Virus record (IMG/VR): IMGVR_UViG_3300010342_000180
Length of the DNA: 64,000 bases
Source: an uncultured virus (IMG/VR IMGVR_UViG_3300010342_000180)
Taxonomy: Duplodnaviria; Heunggongvirae; Uroviricota; Caudoviricetes
Direction: 5' to 3' (one strand)
Every line of letters begins with the position of its first letter. The first letter of the stretch is position 1. Positions 27,702-38,197 of the stretch are shown one piece after another. The notes under the pieces were generated by a model, which did not search any database, was not told the DNA's origin, and saw only the letters and a program-made list of their open reading frames with translations. The translations under genes and the position numbers were made by a program.

Positions 27702-28976
27702 TTATTGTATATTCAATTCACCAGTTAATCTTTGGCACCAACCTTTTGATATACTATGTGGCCAAACAACCCAATATTTTGGTGGTATTGCTGTTTCGAA
27801 ATCTCTCCATATTTTACAATAATGATCAGGATCTCTAAAATACGACTCAATTTCAGCCTTATCCGCATCTTTTCTATATAATGTTGTATCTTCATTTGGA
27901 TCATCAGTATATGGTTCTCTATGAAATGCCACACACCAAAAATCATAATCTTTTTCAGGTACTTGATCATATCCAATATCAATACAATGCTTAAATCTTT
28001 TAACAAACGAATTTTCATATTCTTCCTCAGAAAGTGGTGGATTTGGCGGTAATTTTTTATCTAATGTATATTGTTGAACCGATCTTCTTTTAAATGATAT
28101 ACCTGTATATTTTTCATATTGTTCCAATGTTCTAACTGGTCCAAAATCAAATATCCCAAATTCTTCGGTTCTCGGTTCCATATAAAATAATTGTCTAACT
28201 CTTCTATATGCACCATCATTTTTTTGCGGCCAAGTTGTCACATCATCCCATTGTCTTCTTTTATTTCTACGAGTATATTCATGCCAAACAAGAGTTTCTA
28301 CAGGATGAAATAAATCATATCCCCAAGTATATGCACGTGCCGATATAGAATGTTCTTCACCATGAAAATAAAGATTTGGATCATGAGGAACTTCTTTAGT
28401 AAATTGACCTAGAGTAAAGCAAAAATGAGCAGAATAAAACCTAGCTCGTATTGGTAAATCTCTTTCTTTATAATCATCAATAGTTTCGGGCATTGTATGA
28501 ATAATACCTTCTGGACTAAATCTATCGAATTGCATTACCCATGGTTCCATTACTCTACCATCAGGATCTGTAGATGGTTCATAAGATGGAATATAACTTG
28601 ACAACAATGGTTTTGGATATCCCGCATTTTGTAATTTTTTAATTGTGGCAATTAATTTTTCATCCCAATCTTGAGCAAATCTATGATGAGAATCCAATTG
28701 AAGAGTATATTCTTCATTATTATAATTTTGCTGCAACTTATGTCTTGCCCAACATACGCCTTCAGATTCAAGATGCGGAATATCGATTATTTTAAAACGC
28801 TTATCTTTTGTATATGCGCTTAAAGTATCCCACGTATCTTCCGGCGAATGTTGCCAGGCAATAGAAAACACTAAATTTTTTGGGAATTTTGCTTTTTCAA
28901 TACAATCTTTTAATGTTGGAAGTAATTCCGGATCACGATATGACGCAATCTGCACAAAAATTTTATTCTTTTTCAT
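27702..28976 (-). CDS. GT60-like GlcNAc transferase
   Basis: IFVQIASYRDPEL, GVCWAR, QLDSHHRF, FHGEE. Confidence 0.85.
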   Translation of the reverse strand: MKKNKIFVQIASYRDPELLPTLKDCIEKAKFPKNLVFSIAWQHSPEDTWDTLSAYTKDKRFKIIDIPHLESEGVCWARHKLQQNYNNEEYTLQLDSHHRFAQDWDEKLIATIKKLQNAGYPKPLLSSYIPSYEPSTDPDGRVMEPWVMQFDRFSPEGIIHTMPETIDDYKERDLPIRARFYSAHFCFTLGQFTKEVPHDPNLYFHGEEHSISARAYTWGYDLFHPVETLVWHEYTRRNKRRQWDDVTTWPQKNDGAYRRVRQLFYMEPRTEEFGIFDFGPVRTLEQYEKYTGISFKRRSVQQYTLDKKLPPNPPLSEEEYENSFVKRFKHCIDIGYDQVPEKDYDFWCVAFHREPYTDDPNEDTTLYRKDADKAEIESYFRDPDHYCKIWRDFETAIPPKYWVVWPHSISKGWCQRLTGELNIQ

Positions 28977-29109
28977 ATCTTTAATTTATCTCGTGATGTA
29001 ATAATAATTAATAAAAATATATTATTCAAGGGCATATTTTTTATATTTCAATAAAATTTTTTTATTTCAAATATTTTATTTATTTTTGTGTATATAAATA
29101 TATTAAAAT

Positions 29110-30171
29110 ATGAATCAAATAAAATTCGATCTAAATGATATTGTTATTGTTCCGGCTGAAAAAAGTGAAATAAATAGTAGGAAATCTTGTAATGTTTATC
29201 GTCCCATAGAAAAAAAATTAAACACATTACCATTAATGGCATCTCCAATGGATACAGTTGTTTCCATACACAATTTTGAAAAATACATTCAAAATGGCAT
29301 TATACCATGTTTACCGAGAGGACAATTTATTAAAGAAGATAAGAGTACAATTAAACCATATTTTCAATCATTTGGATTATGTGAAATTGAAACCCAACTA
29401 CAAAATTATAAAATAGGATACCACTTACCACACAAAGAAATTTTTTATAATCACAAATATGTGTTAATTGATATTGCCAATGGTCATATGGAAAAACTAT
29501 TAAAATTTGTAGAAGAAATTAAATATTATTGTCCAGATATGAAATTAATGGTTGGTAATATTGCTAATCCAGAAACATTTGTCAATTTTGGTCTTGCTGG
29601 GGCTGACTATGTAAGATGTTCAATAGGGACTGGTGCTGGCTGTACAACCGCTGCAAATGTTTCAATCAATTATCCTATGGGCTCGCTTATTAGAGAATGT
29701 CACAAATTAAAAAAAGATTATAAACTTAATACAAAAATAATTGCCGATGGTGGTATGAAAAATTATTCAGACATTATTAAAGCCCTTGCTCTTGGTGCTG
29801 ATTATGTAATGATTGGCTCGATATTTAATAAAACAATTGAATCTGCGGGATATAACTATCTATGGAAAATTAGATTAAATAATAAATGGGCCGAAAAATT
29901 GTGGAAATATAATTTCCCAATTAAAAAGAAATATCGAGGTATGAGTACTAAAGCTGTACAAAGAAGTTGGGGAAAATCTGAATTAGTAACGGCAGAAGGA
30001 ATAACTAAATATCAAAATGTTGAATATACTTTGGAACAATGGACCGAAAATTTTAAAGATTATTTAAAATCGGCCATGAGCTATTGTAATGCAAAAAATT
30101 TGGACGATTTTATAGGTGTCGCCCAATATGTATTTATAACAGATGCGGCTAGACGAAGATTTGATAAATAA
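29110..30171 (+). CDS. guaC: GMP reductase/IMPDH-family protein lacking CBS domains
   Basis: SPMDTV, DIANGH, IGTGAGCTT, IIADGG, ALGADYVMIGS, YRGMS. Confidence 0.75.
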   Translation: MNQIKFDLNDIVIVPAEKSEINSRKSCNVYRPIEKKLNTLPLMASPMDTVVSIHNFEKYIQNGIIPCLPRGQFIKEDKSTIKPYFQSFGLCEIETQLQNYKIGYHLPHKEIFYNHKYVLIDIANGHMEKLLKFVEEIKYYCPDMKLMVGNIANPETFVNFGLAGADYVRCSIGTGAGCTTAANVSINYPMGSLIRECHKLKKDYKLNTKIIADGGMKNYSDIIKALALGADYVMIGSIFNKTIESAGYNYLWKIRLNNKWAEKLWKYNFPIKKKYRGMSTKAVQRSWGKSELVTAEGITKYQNVEYTLEQWTENFKDYLKSAMSYCNAKNLDDFIGVAQYVFITDAARRRFDK

Positions 30172-30411
30172 TTACTCAATTCTAAAATTAGTGTCTCCAC
30201 TTTTCAACTCAAGATCTTTCATCATACCTTCTTTAATGTATCTTCTAATAAGAGCAGAAACTGTTGTTTTTTGACTATCAGCAACATTCTCTATTTTTTT
30301 ATAATACATTGGTACTATTCTAAAAGATAGCATTCTAACTAATTGCCTATATTTCGGTTCATCAGATTTACCTGGATGAGATTCTTTTGTTTTTGATTTT
30401 TTGGTAGCCAT
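30172..30411 (-). CDS. Putative ribbon-helix-helix DNA-binding protein
   Basis: MLSFRI....KKIENVA.....TVSALIRRYI pattern. Confidence 0.55.
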   Translation of the reverse strand: MATKKSKTKESHPGKSDEPKYRQLVRMLSFRIVPMYYKKIENVADSQKTTVSALIRRYIKEGMMKDLELKSGDTNFRIE

Positions 30412-30502
30412 TACAATATTTTTTTTTATAAATATTTGGTATTATGAATTATTTTATCTATATTTACATAAATATGTATAATAATATTAAAAATAAAATA
30501 TT

Positions 30503-30871
30503 ATGGAAGGTAATGTACAATCAAGACCCGAAAAATCGGCAGTAATTAAAGAATGTGAAGAAAAATATCCAGAAACCACTAAAGAATTTAAAAAAATTCT
30601 TAATGAGCAATATGAACTATTTTGTAAAAAACAATTAAATTATGGCCCATCAAATATTTCCCTTGGGACATTATTACAAACTGAAGATGATGTTAAATTT
30701 TCATTAAGTGGTTTGTTTTTTCGAATGAATGATAAAATTCAAAGAATTAAGCAACTAGTTGTTTTAGGTAAACCAGATACTGTTGGTGAAACGGTTGATG
30801 ACACATTTCAAGATTTAAGTGTTTATGGAATTATTGCTCAAATAGTAAAAAGAAAAAAATGGGGCAAATAA
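30503..30871 (+). CDS. DUF1599/nucleotide-modification-associated domain protein
   Basis: KKQLNYG, RMNDKIQRI, ETVDDTFQDLSVYGII. Confidence 0.75.
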   Translation: MEGNVQSRPEKSAVIKECEEKYPETTKEFKKILNEQYELFCKKQLNYGPSNISLGTLLQTEDDVKFSLSGLFFRMNDKIQRIKQLVVLGKPDTVGETVDDTFQDLSVYGIIAQIVKRKKWGK

Positions 30872-30954
30872 GTTTTTATACATATAAAATAATTCGAAAT
30901 ATTCCAAGTTTCGATAATCTATATTGCAAAATATTTATTTAAAAATATAACAAT

Positions 30955-31344
30955 ATGAAAGTCCCTATAAATCATCCCTCATTTATTTCATTTTTAGAAT
31001 CAATATCAAATAATATTTTAGCTAGCGTTGATATAGAATCACATTTCAGATTAAATAAAGAGAAACAACTTGCTTTATCATTTACCATTTTTAATCTTTT
31101 AAAAAATAGTGCTAAAATTAAAGCTAATCTTACTGATACCGAATTAAAAAATTTTATAACTGTATTTTGTAAAAAAAATGAAGAAATTGAAAATTATGAA
31201 TTTGCTGCGGTTTTAAACAATATTTTAGTTAATTTTGATTCTATAATTAATTTATCAAACACATCTAAGAAATTATCTAAACCACCTAAAAAAGCTGATA
31301 GAATCACACCTTCACAGACTTTACAGAGTCCTCCACAATTATAG
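30955..31344 (+). CDS. Hypothetical protein
   Basis: 129-aa ORF with an ENYEFAA motif. Confidence 0.55.
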   Translation: MKVPINHPSFISFLESISNNILASVDIESHFRLNKEKQLALSFTIFNLLKNSAKIKANLTDTELKNFITVFCKKNEEIENYEFAAVLNNILVNFDSIINLSNTSKKLSKPPKKADRITPSQTLQSPPQL

Positions 31345-31537
31345 CATCTGGTATTTCAACTAAAAAAATTAGTGTTTCATCATCATCATTTCTTTTTTTA
31401 AGTACCATATCACAATGCCATAATTCTTTTACTTCATTAATAAATCCTTCACGAATTCTATTTTTAGGAAATTTACGATAAACATAATATAATTTATCTT
31501 GATAGGTTACTATTTCAAGACCATTTAAATTAAGCAT
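31304..31537 (-). CDS. Hypothetical protein
   Basis: 77-aa ORF with plausible composition. Confidence 0.55.
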   Translation of the reverse strand: MLNLNGLEIVTYQDKLYYVYRKFPKNRIREGFINEVKELWHCDMVLKKRNDDDETLIFLVEIPDAIIVEDSVKSVKV

Positions 31538-31623
31538 ATTTTCACTTTTTCATAAATATATATATATATAATAATAGACATAGTAATCATAATATTTCAA
31601 AATTCGTTAATATTTATTACTGT

Positions 31624-31761
31624 ATGAAAAAAATTATTTTAACAGAAAATCAAATAAAACGATTAGTGGATAATATTATTCTCAAAGAACTCGTAATGAG
31701 AAAATCAGGAAAAATATTAAATTCACAATTGATGAATAAAAAGTATTTTAAAAATAAATAG
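31624..31761 (+). CDS. Small protein made mostly of the MKKIILTENQIKRL leader
   Basis: 45-aa ORF read by eye, after ATATTTAT. Confidence 0.5.
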   Translation: MKKIILTENQIKRLVDNIILKELVMRKSGKILNSQLMNKKYFKNK

Positions 31762-31770
31762 TAATATAAT

Positions 31771-33501
31771 ATGACACTTGAACAATTATATTTAAAATTA
31801 CTTAAGGAACAGCCGGAACTAGAAGATCCGGATCCGGATCTGCCGGACGATAAGACTAATAATGAAGTTCCTCCACAGCCCAAAAATGAACCTGAAGCCG
31901 AACCTGAAATGGTTTCAGGATCAACATTATCACAAGATATAAAACCCCAAAAAGTAAAACCACTTTCTGAAATTCAAAGATTAAAATTGAAATGGAAAGA
32001 AGAAAATCCTGGATTGACTGAACAGAGAATGGATGAGGCTATTGCTTTTTTTAATAGAAGAAAAAATGGAATGATAGAATATATGCCACCAGGAACAATA
32101 AATCCATATACTAATCGAAGACACGTAAATCTACCCGAAATTTCTGCAATGGTAAATAAATTTCCAGAATTACGTAGTGTTCTATCAGATCATTCAAAAA
32201 TTAGGGATATACAAAATTATACATGGGAACAAATCGAATTTTATATAGATAGAGTTAGTACTCAAAATTCTAATCTTGAAATTGGTATTAAAATTGAAGG
32301 TGATACACTTGAATTACAAAAAGAAAGTGCATATAAAATATGGGAAAATTCTAGTCATAAAATTATCGATGAAAACGGACTTATTGTTATTAAGGTACAA
32401 TCAAAGCCCGAAGCAATATCACTGGGATATTTACAACATATTATAAATAGTCAAGCTAGTAAAGAACATAATCTTCCTTCCAATAACTGGTGTATTACTC
32501 ACGGAGCAAATGAAGGCACTAATTTATATTATGATTATCGCCCAAGAAGAGCATATTATTTTGTAATGGATAAAAATAGAAATGAATATGATGCATATTT
32601 TTTATCTGTATTACAACCAATTAAAGATGAGACTTATTATGGCTATCCATATGTTGTCACATTAAGAACTAATATGGGCGATAGAAGTCAATTAGAATGG
32701 AAAGAAATTCTTGAAATATGGCCAGCATTGAATGGAAAAGAACATTTAATTAAATATTTTGAATTAACTCCATATGAAACTGATGATCTTAAAATAGATC
32801 GTATAAATTTTAGAGAACATACTACAAAACAACCTAATCCATATGATTTTGCAATACAAAGTAGAAGAATACAATTAAGATATATTGATAGCAATAGATA
32901 CATCAATACTAAAAGATGTTTTGAAGTATTATCCATTCCTGATAGGAAAACATATATAGGTAAAACAACATTAACTGGCGGTGATTATAAAAAAAGATTT
33001 AGATGTCATGATCCTGGTGATCCGCTTGGAATAATAAAACTTATTCAAGATTCACCTGGAGCTCTTGATGTATATCTTGATCGAGTTATTTTACAAAATA
33101 AATTGGGTATACGTGGTGGATTAAATTCACTTATAGTAGCTATTCTTAGTATAGAAACAAGACCATTATATGCCACAATAGATAAAAATTATAGATTATT
33201 TCAAAGTAGGGGGACTAATTTGGTTGGATTAATAGATATGACAACATTTGATACAATTAAACATACAAAGTATACGCATACTAGTACTAAAATGGGTATA
33301 GATAGTCAATTAAAAAAACCTTATTTCATTTATACATATGTATATACCAATTATGACTATTTTTATTTCATAATACCTGCAGAAAATCTTACGGGTTCAA
33401 AAACATCGGAACACTATATGAAAGGATATTATTATGACAAGGATGAGGGAGATGAATTATTTAATTCGGGGAAAATTAAATTATTAACAAAATATATTTA
33501 A
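31771..33501 (+). CDS. Phage hypothetical protein (WCI...YYFVMDK family)
   Basis: 576 aa; shares motifs with 53523-54671. Confidence 0.7.
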   Translation: MTLEQLYLKLLKEQPELEDPDPDLPDDKTNNEVPPQPKNEPEAEPEMVSGSTLSQDIKPQKVKPLSEIQRLKLKWKEENPGLTEQRMDEAIAFFNRRKNGMIEYMPPGTINPYTNRRHVNLPEISAMVNKFPELRSVLSDHSKIRDIQNYTWEQIEFYIDRVSTQNSNLEIGIKIEGDTLELQKESAYKIWENSSHKIIDENGLIVIKVQSKPEAISLGYLQHIINSQASKEHNLPSNNWCITHGANEGTNLYYDYRPRRAYYFVMDKNRNEYDAYFLSVLQPIKDETYYGYPYVVTLRTNMGDRSQLEWKEILEIWPALNGKEHLIKYFELTPYETDDLKIDRINFREHTTKQPNPYDFAIQSRRIQLRYIDSNRYINTKRCFEVLSIPDRKTYIGKTTLTGGDYKKRFRCHDPGDPLGIIKLIQDSPGALDVYLDRVILQNKLGIRGGLNSLIVAILSIETRPLYATIDKNYRLFQSRGTNLVGLIDMTTFDTIKHTKYTHTSTKMGIDSQLKKPYFIYTYVYTNYDYFYFIIPAENLTGSKTSEHYMKGYYYDKDEGDELFNSGKIKLLTKYI

Positions 33502-33551
33502 TCTATTGATTATTTAAAAATTTTATAATATATTTATGTTTAACTTTGTGA

Positions 33552-33618
33552 TTGAGGTTCTAGTGTCTGTTAAATGACATTTGAGTTGGAATTGATACCA
33601 GCAAATAGAAACTCAAAT
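33552..33618 (+). ncRNA. Candidate structured leader RNA (three-way junction)
   Basis: Stems TTGAGGTTCTA/TAGAAACTCAA, GTGTC/GACAT and GTTGG/CCAGC. Confidence 0.4.
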
Positions 33619-33634
33619 ATAAAAAAATAAGGAA

Positions 33635-34408
33635 ATGATAAAATTAATTCACAATGGGCCAATTCAGCCCGAAGCATTTGTCACTAAACGTAGACAACGA
33701 ATAAAACAATTTAAATCTAATGATTCATACGAAAATATTGTTTATTTAAACAATGGTGATGAATTCGAAATCGAACTATTTAATCCAAGATCAACAAAAG
33801 TTTTCGCTGAAATCGAATTAAATGGTGTTTCTCTTAAAAATGGAATGGTCTTACGTCCAGGCGAAAGAGTATTTCTAGAAAGATATTTTGATGAACCCAA
33901 AAAATTTTTATTTGAAACCTATGAAGTTGATGAAAATGATTCAAATGTTCAACAAGCAATAAAAAATAATGGAAAAATTGTTGTTAAATTTTATAATGAA
34001 TATATTCCATTAAACTTTTATTCTACAACATATCCCACCAGTGCAATAAATCATTGGGATGATTTTAAAAAAATCTCAACGTCTGATACCACCAACTATT
34101 ATGGTCAATCCTCATTTAATTGTTCATATTATACAAATCCCATTGCAAATAATAGAGTTAAATCATTTGAAATTAAAAATAGTATCGAGACAGGACGAGT
34201 AGAAAAGGGATCAATATCCAAACAGTCTTTTTTATATGATTATACATCATTTAATAATTGGTGGAGCTGGGTATCTACGTGGAAAATACTTCCAATGTCT
34301 CGTAAACCTTTTCAACAAGAAGATTTAAAGATCTATTGCACAAATTGTGGTATGAGAAGAAGAAGAAAATCATTTTTATTTTGTCCTAATTGTGGTCAAA
34401 AATACTAA
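33635..34408 (+). CDS. Phage protein with C-terminal zinc ribbon
   Basis: EFEIELFNP, LRPGERVFLER, IETGRVEKGS, CTNCG...FCPNCG. Confidence 0.7.
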   Translation: MIKLIHNGPIQPEAFVTKRRQRIKQFKSNDSYENIVYLNNGDEFEIELFNPRSTKVFAEIELNGVSLKNGMVLRPGERVFLERYFDEPKKFLFETYEVDENDSNVQQAIKNNGKIVVKFYNEYIPLNFYSTTYPTSAINHWDDFKKISTSDTTNYYGQSSFNCSYYTNPIANNRVKSFEIKNSIETGRVEKGSISKQSFLYDYTSFNNWWSWVSTWKILPMSRKPFQQEDLKIYCTNCGMRRRRKSFLFCPNCGQKY

Positions 34409-34442
34409 ATAATAATAATTAATCTCAAGGTTAAAAAAAATT

Positions 34443-34874
34443 ATGCTTACATATAAATATTTATTAAAGATGTATAAGATAAAAAAACATATAAACTTAA
34501 TAACAACTATTTTTGTATTATTTTTTCTTTTACCTAATATAATACATAGTCAAATTATTAATTACAATAAATTTGATAATAAAAAAATGTGTAATATTAT
34601 GTTTAAAGAATTACAAAATCATTCAAAACAATTATCACTAATTAAATTATACACAAATGAATATTTTGAAATTAAAGATACTATTTCATGTAATAATATC
34701 ACCACATATCAAGAAATATCAAAAAAATATATAAATAAATGGCTAGATAAAAATGATATAAATTATATATCAATGACACTATTAAAAGATTTTGATTGTA
34801 AAATTAAAATTAAATCTAAGTATAACCTTAAAAATAATATTCACATTATTACTTGCTTATTTACATATAATTAA
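34443..34874 (+). CDS. Hypothetical secreted protein
   Basis: Hydrophobic N-terminal segment. Confidence 0.45.
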   Translation: MLTYKYLLKMYKIKKHINLITTIFVLFFLLPNIIHSQIINYNKFDNKKMCNIMFKELQNHSKQLSLIKLYTNEYFEIKDTISCNNITTYQEISKKYINKWLDKNDINYISMTLLKDFDCKIKIKSKYNLKNNIHIITCLFTYN

Positions 34875-36016
34875 GCTTGACCAGTAAATGGTTTAATTCC
34901 ACTCAAAAAATATCTTCTATTAGGTGCTGTTTGTTCGGGTATAGTTGGATTTTGAGGTGTCCATCCTGGGCCCCATTTTGTTGTTTCACCTAATCCTTTA
35001 AATTTGATAGCTCCACCCAGTTCTGGTAAATATTGATTTAACATATCGGCAATTACTCTTGATCTTTCTCGTGATAAACACATATCATAATTCCGTCTTG
35101 TACCTGAACCACTACATGGTTTATATCCGCCAGATATATTTTGATCAGGATCACCATCTACACTTGAGTATCCAAATACTGTTGGATTTTGAGATTTAAC
35201 ATGATCTATAAATTGTTGTCCATATTGTTGGATCCCCATTTTAATGTCTCGAACAAATGAAGAAATCTGCTTTTCAACCGATGCAGGATCCTTAAATTCA
35301 ACACTATCAAAATTAAAAACATCGCCAATCGCAACCGTATTGATAGTAATAGGTTGTGTTACAGTTTTTGTTGCTGGTGAGTTTATTCTTAAATCTATAC
35401 TTTTTAAATTCATAAAAAGTGCCCCAGATTCTAGTGTACCAAATGTTCCGTTTTTAAATTTATAAATAAGTTTATTTCTATTTAAAAATTCACCCAATGG
35501 ATATTCTCTACCAAATTCAATAGCATATTTCATGTCTTCCATTGCCATCGGCTTTCTAGAAACGGTAAATTTGAACATACCCTGGTTTTGATCATCCGTA
35601 TAAAGAGTACCTTGAATACCGTTTTGTTGAATTTGATCCTTTAATTCTGGGTGAACATTTACCAATGATTTATATTCTGGAATTTTTTCTATTTCTGGTA
35701 ATATTGAATCCATTAATATCTTACCAAAAGATAATGCATTATTCGGTGGTATTATTAATGCATATATTCCCTTAACCATTGGTTTCATCAGAAAATCCTT
35801 CTTACCAATTTCAAGATTTACCCCATTTTCATTAACAAGAACTTTTATACCTGTTTGATCTAAAATCTCTTTTTGTTTTTTATCAATAATATCATTGATA
35901 CGATTTTGCAAAACAATTAATGATTTTTCATCATTACTTGTTTGAACTTGCTCGCTAATAATATTAGAATTATCTAATATCTGATTAAGGTGTTTTTTTG
36001 ATATAATAATTTTCAT
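34871..36016 (-). CDS. Phage protein with C-terminal OmpA-like peptidoglycan-binding domain
   Basis: FNFDS, GYSS, LSRERSRVI, KGLGET, NRR. Confidence 0.65.
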   Translation of the reverse strand: MKIIISKKHLNQILDNSNIISEQVQTSNDEKSLIVLQNRINDIIDKKQKEILDQTGIKVLVNENGVNLEIGKKDFLMKPMVKGIYALIIPPNNALSFGKILMDSILPEIEKIPEYKSLVNVHPELKDQIQQNGIQGTLYTDDQNQGMFKFTVSRKPMAMEDMKYAIEFGREYPLGEFLNRNKLIYKFKNGTFGTLESGALFMNLKSIDLRINSPATKTVTQPITINTVAIGDVFNFDSVEFKDPASVEKQISSFVRDIKMGIQQYGQQFIDHVKSQNPTVFGYSSVDGDPDQNISGGYKPCSGSGTRRNYDMCLSRERSRVIADMLNQYLPELGGAIKFKGLGETTKWGPGWTPQNPTIPEQTAPNRRYFLSGIKPFTGQA

Positions 36017-36106
36017 ATAAAATAAATATTTAAATAATTGGACTTTTTATTAAATAACTTTGTTATTAATAAAAAAATATGTATATTTTCTTAAAATATA
36101 TATTTT

Positions 36107-36385
36107 ATGAAAAAATATTTCGATACCAAGCTCAAAAAAATTAGAGGGTTGTTTGATAATTTAAATCCAGTTTTTCAAGTAAGATACGAAAACCCCGATT
36201 CTGTAATTCGTATAACACTTGTAGCTGAAACTGAAGAAGAAGCAAAAAGTAAAGCACTTCAAAATGAAGAATTTACTAAACATATAATTAAAGACAAATA
36301 TGATGAAAAATATTTGTATGCTTATAAACCTAATGGTTTATATGTTATAAATAAAGTAGAATATTTAACGAATGGTAAATGGTAA
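36107..36385 (+). CDS. Hypothetical protein
   Basis: 92-aa ORF with a VAETEEEAK motif. Confidence 0.55.
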   Translation: MKKYFDTKLKKIRGLFDNLNPVFQVRYENPDSVIRITLVAETEEEAKSKALQNEEFTKHIIKDKYDEKYLYAYKPNGLYVINKVEYLTNGKW

Positions 36386-36578
36386 TGATATAACTAAAGA
36401 AACACGAAAAGAAAAATTATTGAGATTATCACTAAGAAGGCCATGAGCTAGATAATATATTACAGCTCACAAAATATAAAATCAATCACATTCTTAATGA
36501 AATAAAATTAATGAATCTTAATAAAAAAGAAATTGAAAAATATAATCATCAATCTTTATATGAATACTATTATTTATA

Positions 36579-37382
36579 ATGATTTCAATAATAACAGGAT
36601 ATTACAACAGAAAAAATCTATTTTATCAAACATTAAAATCGTTAACTAAATCAAAATTCAAAGATTTTGAAGTTATTGCAGTTGATGATGCAAGCTCTCC
36701 CGAGCATAGAATTGAAGACTTTATAGATGAATTTTCATTTTTAAATGTTATACGAATAAATGAAAATCAAAAATGGTATATTAATCCATGTGTTGCATTT
36801 AATATTGGATTAAAAGAAGCACAAGGAGATATAATTGTTCTTCAAAATCCCGAATGTTTACATGTTCATGATGTTTTATCATATATTAATGAAACCGTTG
36901 ATAAATATAATTATATCACAATTTCAACTTATGGCATTAATAATGAAATAAATAAAATTATACCAGAGCATTTAGAAAATGACACACTTGTAGATTATTT
37001 AAGTACATTACCTCAACAACCATATATTGGAGATAATTCAATAGGATGGTATAATCATTCAAAATATCGACCAGTTGCATATCATTTTTGTTCTGCAATG
37101 TTAAGAAAAAATATGCGTGAATTAAATGGATTTGATGAAAGATATGCTAAAGGTATTGGATATGATGATGATGAACTTCTTTTAAGAATCAATAGATTAG
37201 GTTTGAAGGTTATAGTCGAAGATAATATTTCAGTTATTCATCAATATCACGATACTGTTATGTGGAATAGACCAAATGTTAAAGAATTAACAGAAAAAAA
37301 CAAAAGATTATTTTATGAAACAACATTAAAAGAAAAATTTAAACATAAAGCAAATAATTTTAAATTATGGATTGGAATTTAA
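36579..37382 (+). CDS. GT2 glycosyltransferase
   Basis: VIAVDDAS, FNIGL, GFDERY..GIGYDD, IHQYH. Confidence 0.85.
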   Translation: MISIITGYYNRKNLFYQTLKSLTKSKFKDFEVIAVDDASSPEHRIEDFIDEFSFLNVIRINENQKWYINPCVAFNIGLKEAQGDIIVLQNPECLHVHDVLSYINETVDKYNYITISTYGINNEINKIIPEHLENDTLVDYLSTLPQQPYIGDNSIGWYNHSKYRPVAYHFCSAMLRKNMRELNGFDERYAKGIGYDDDELLLRINRLGLKVIVEDNISVIHQYHDTVMWNRPNVKELTEKNKRLFYETTLKEKFKHKANNFKLWIGI

Positions 37383-38197
37383 ATATACCAAAAATTATTC
37401 ATTTATATTGGGGCGGAGGTATATTATATTATCTCCGGTTTCTTACAGTCAAATCATTTATGAGATTAAATCCAGATTGGGAAGTTAGACTTTACTATCC
37501 TAAATATCCAACAACACATATTTCATGGTGGTCTCAAGAGCAAAAGTACGAAATAAACTGTAAAAATTTTATAGACGAATTAATGAATTTACCCATAACT
37601 AAAATATCCGTTGATTTTGAGGATTATGGATTTAATAATAATATATCAGAAGTACACAAATCAGACTTTATTAGATTAGCATATTTAAGTACCGCCGGTG
37701 GTTTATGGTCTGATATGGATATTATTTATTTTAAGCCAATGAATAGTTTATATTTTAATACAATTGAAAATAGAAATATAGAAACATTTTATTGTGATCA
37801 TAATTATGGGCATTCCACGGGATTTCTTTTAGCTTCACAAGGAAATAGATTTTTTAATAAGCTTGTTGGTATAGCTATGAAAGAATATCATCCACAGTTA
37901 TACCAATCGATAGGAGCGATTATTTTTAAAAAATATTTTTCTACTCCTGAATCTATTAATACACTTACGACAGGATTTAATATATCAATGGATGTTATTT
38001 ATGCTCATGATGCTAGCTTTATTAATGAAATAATAGATAAAAATAACCCAAAATTTACAGAAAACTCTATAGGACTTCATTGGTATGCAGGATCAACTTT
38101 ATGGCATAATTTCATAAAAGAAACAAATGGCGGATTAATAAATTTACCAAATACGATAATTGGGAATTTAATAAAAAATGAAAATAAATGGAATTAG
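37367..38197 (+). CDS. GT32-like (DxD) glycosyltransferase
   Basis: IPKIIHLYW, KSDFIRL, GGLWSDMD. Confidence 0.8.
   Translation: MDWNLNIPKIIHLYWGGGILYYLRFLTVKSFMRLNPDWEVRLYYPKYPTTHISWWSQEQKYEINCKNFIDELMNLPITKISVDFEDYGFNNNISEVHKSDFIRLAYLSTAGGLWSDMDIIYFKPMNSLYFNTIENRNIETFYCDHNYGHSTGFLLASQGNRFFNKLVGIAMKEYHPQLYQSIGAIIFKKYFSTPESINTLTTGFNISMDVIYAHDASFINEIIDKNNPKFTENSIGLHWYAGSTLWHNFIKETNGGLINLPNTIIGNLIKNENKWN

Noticed and set aside
33540..34434. Retron-like msr/msd with flanking inverted repeats
   Set aside because: No reverse transcriptase is present in the window.
36386..36578. Possible degraded gene (KETRKEKLLRLS...)
   Set aside because: Multiple stops and no recognisable family.
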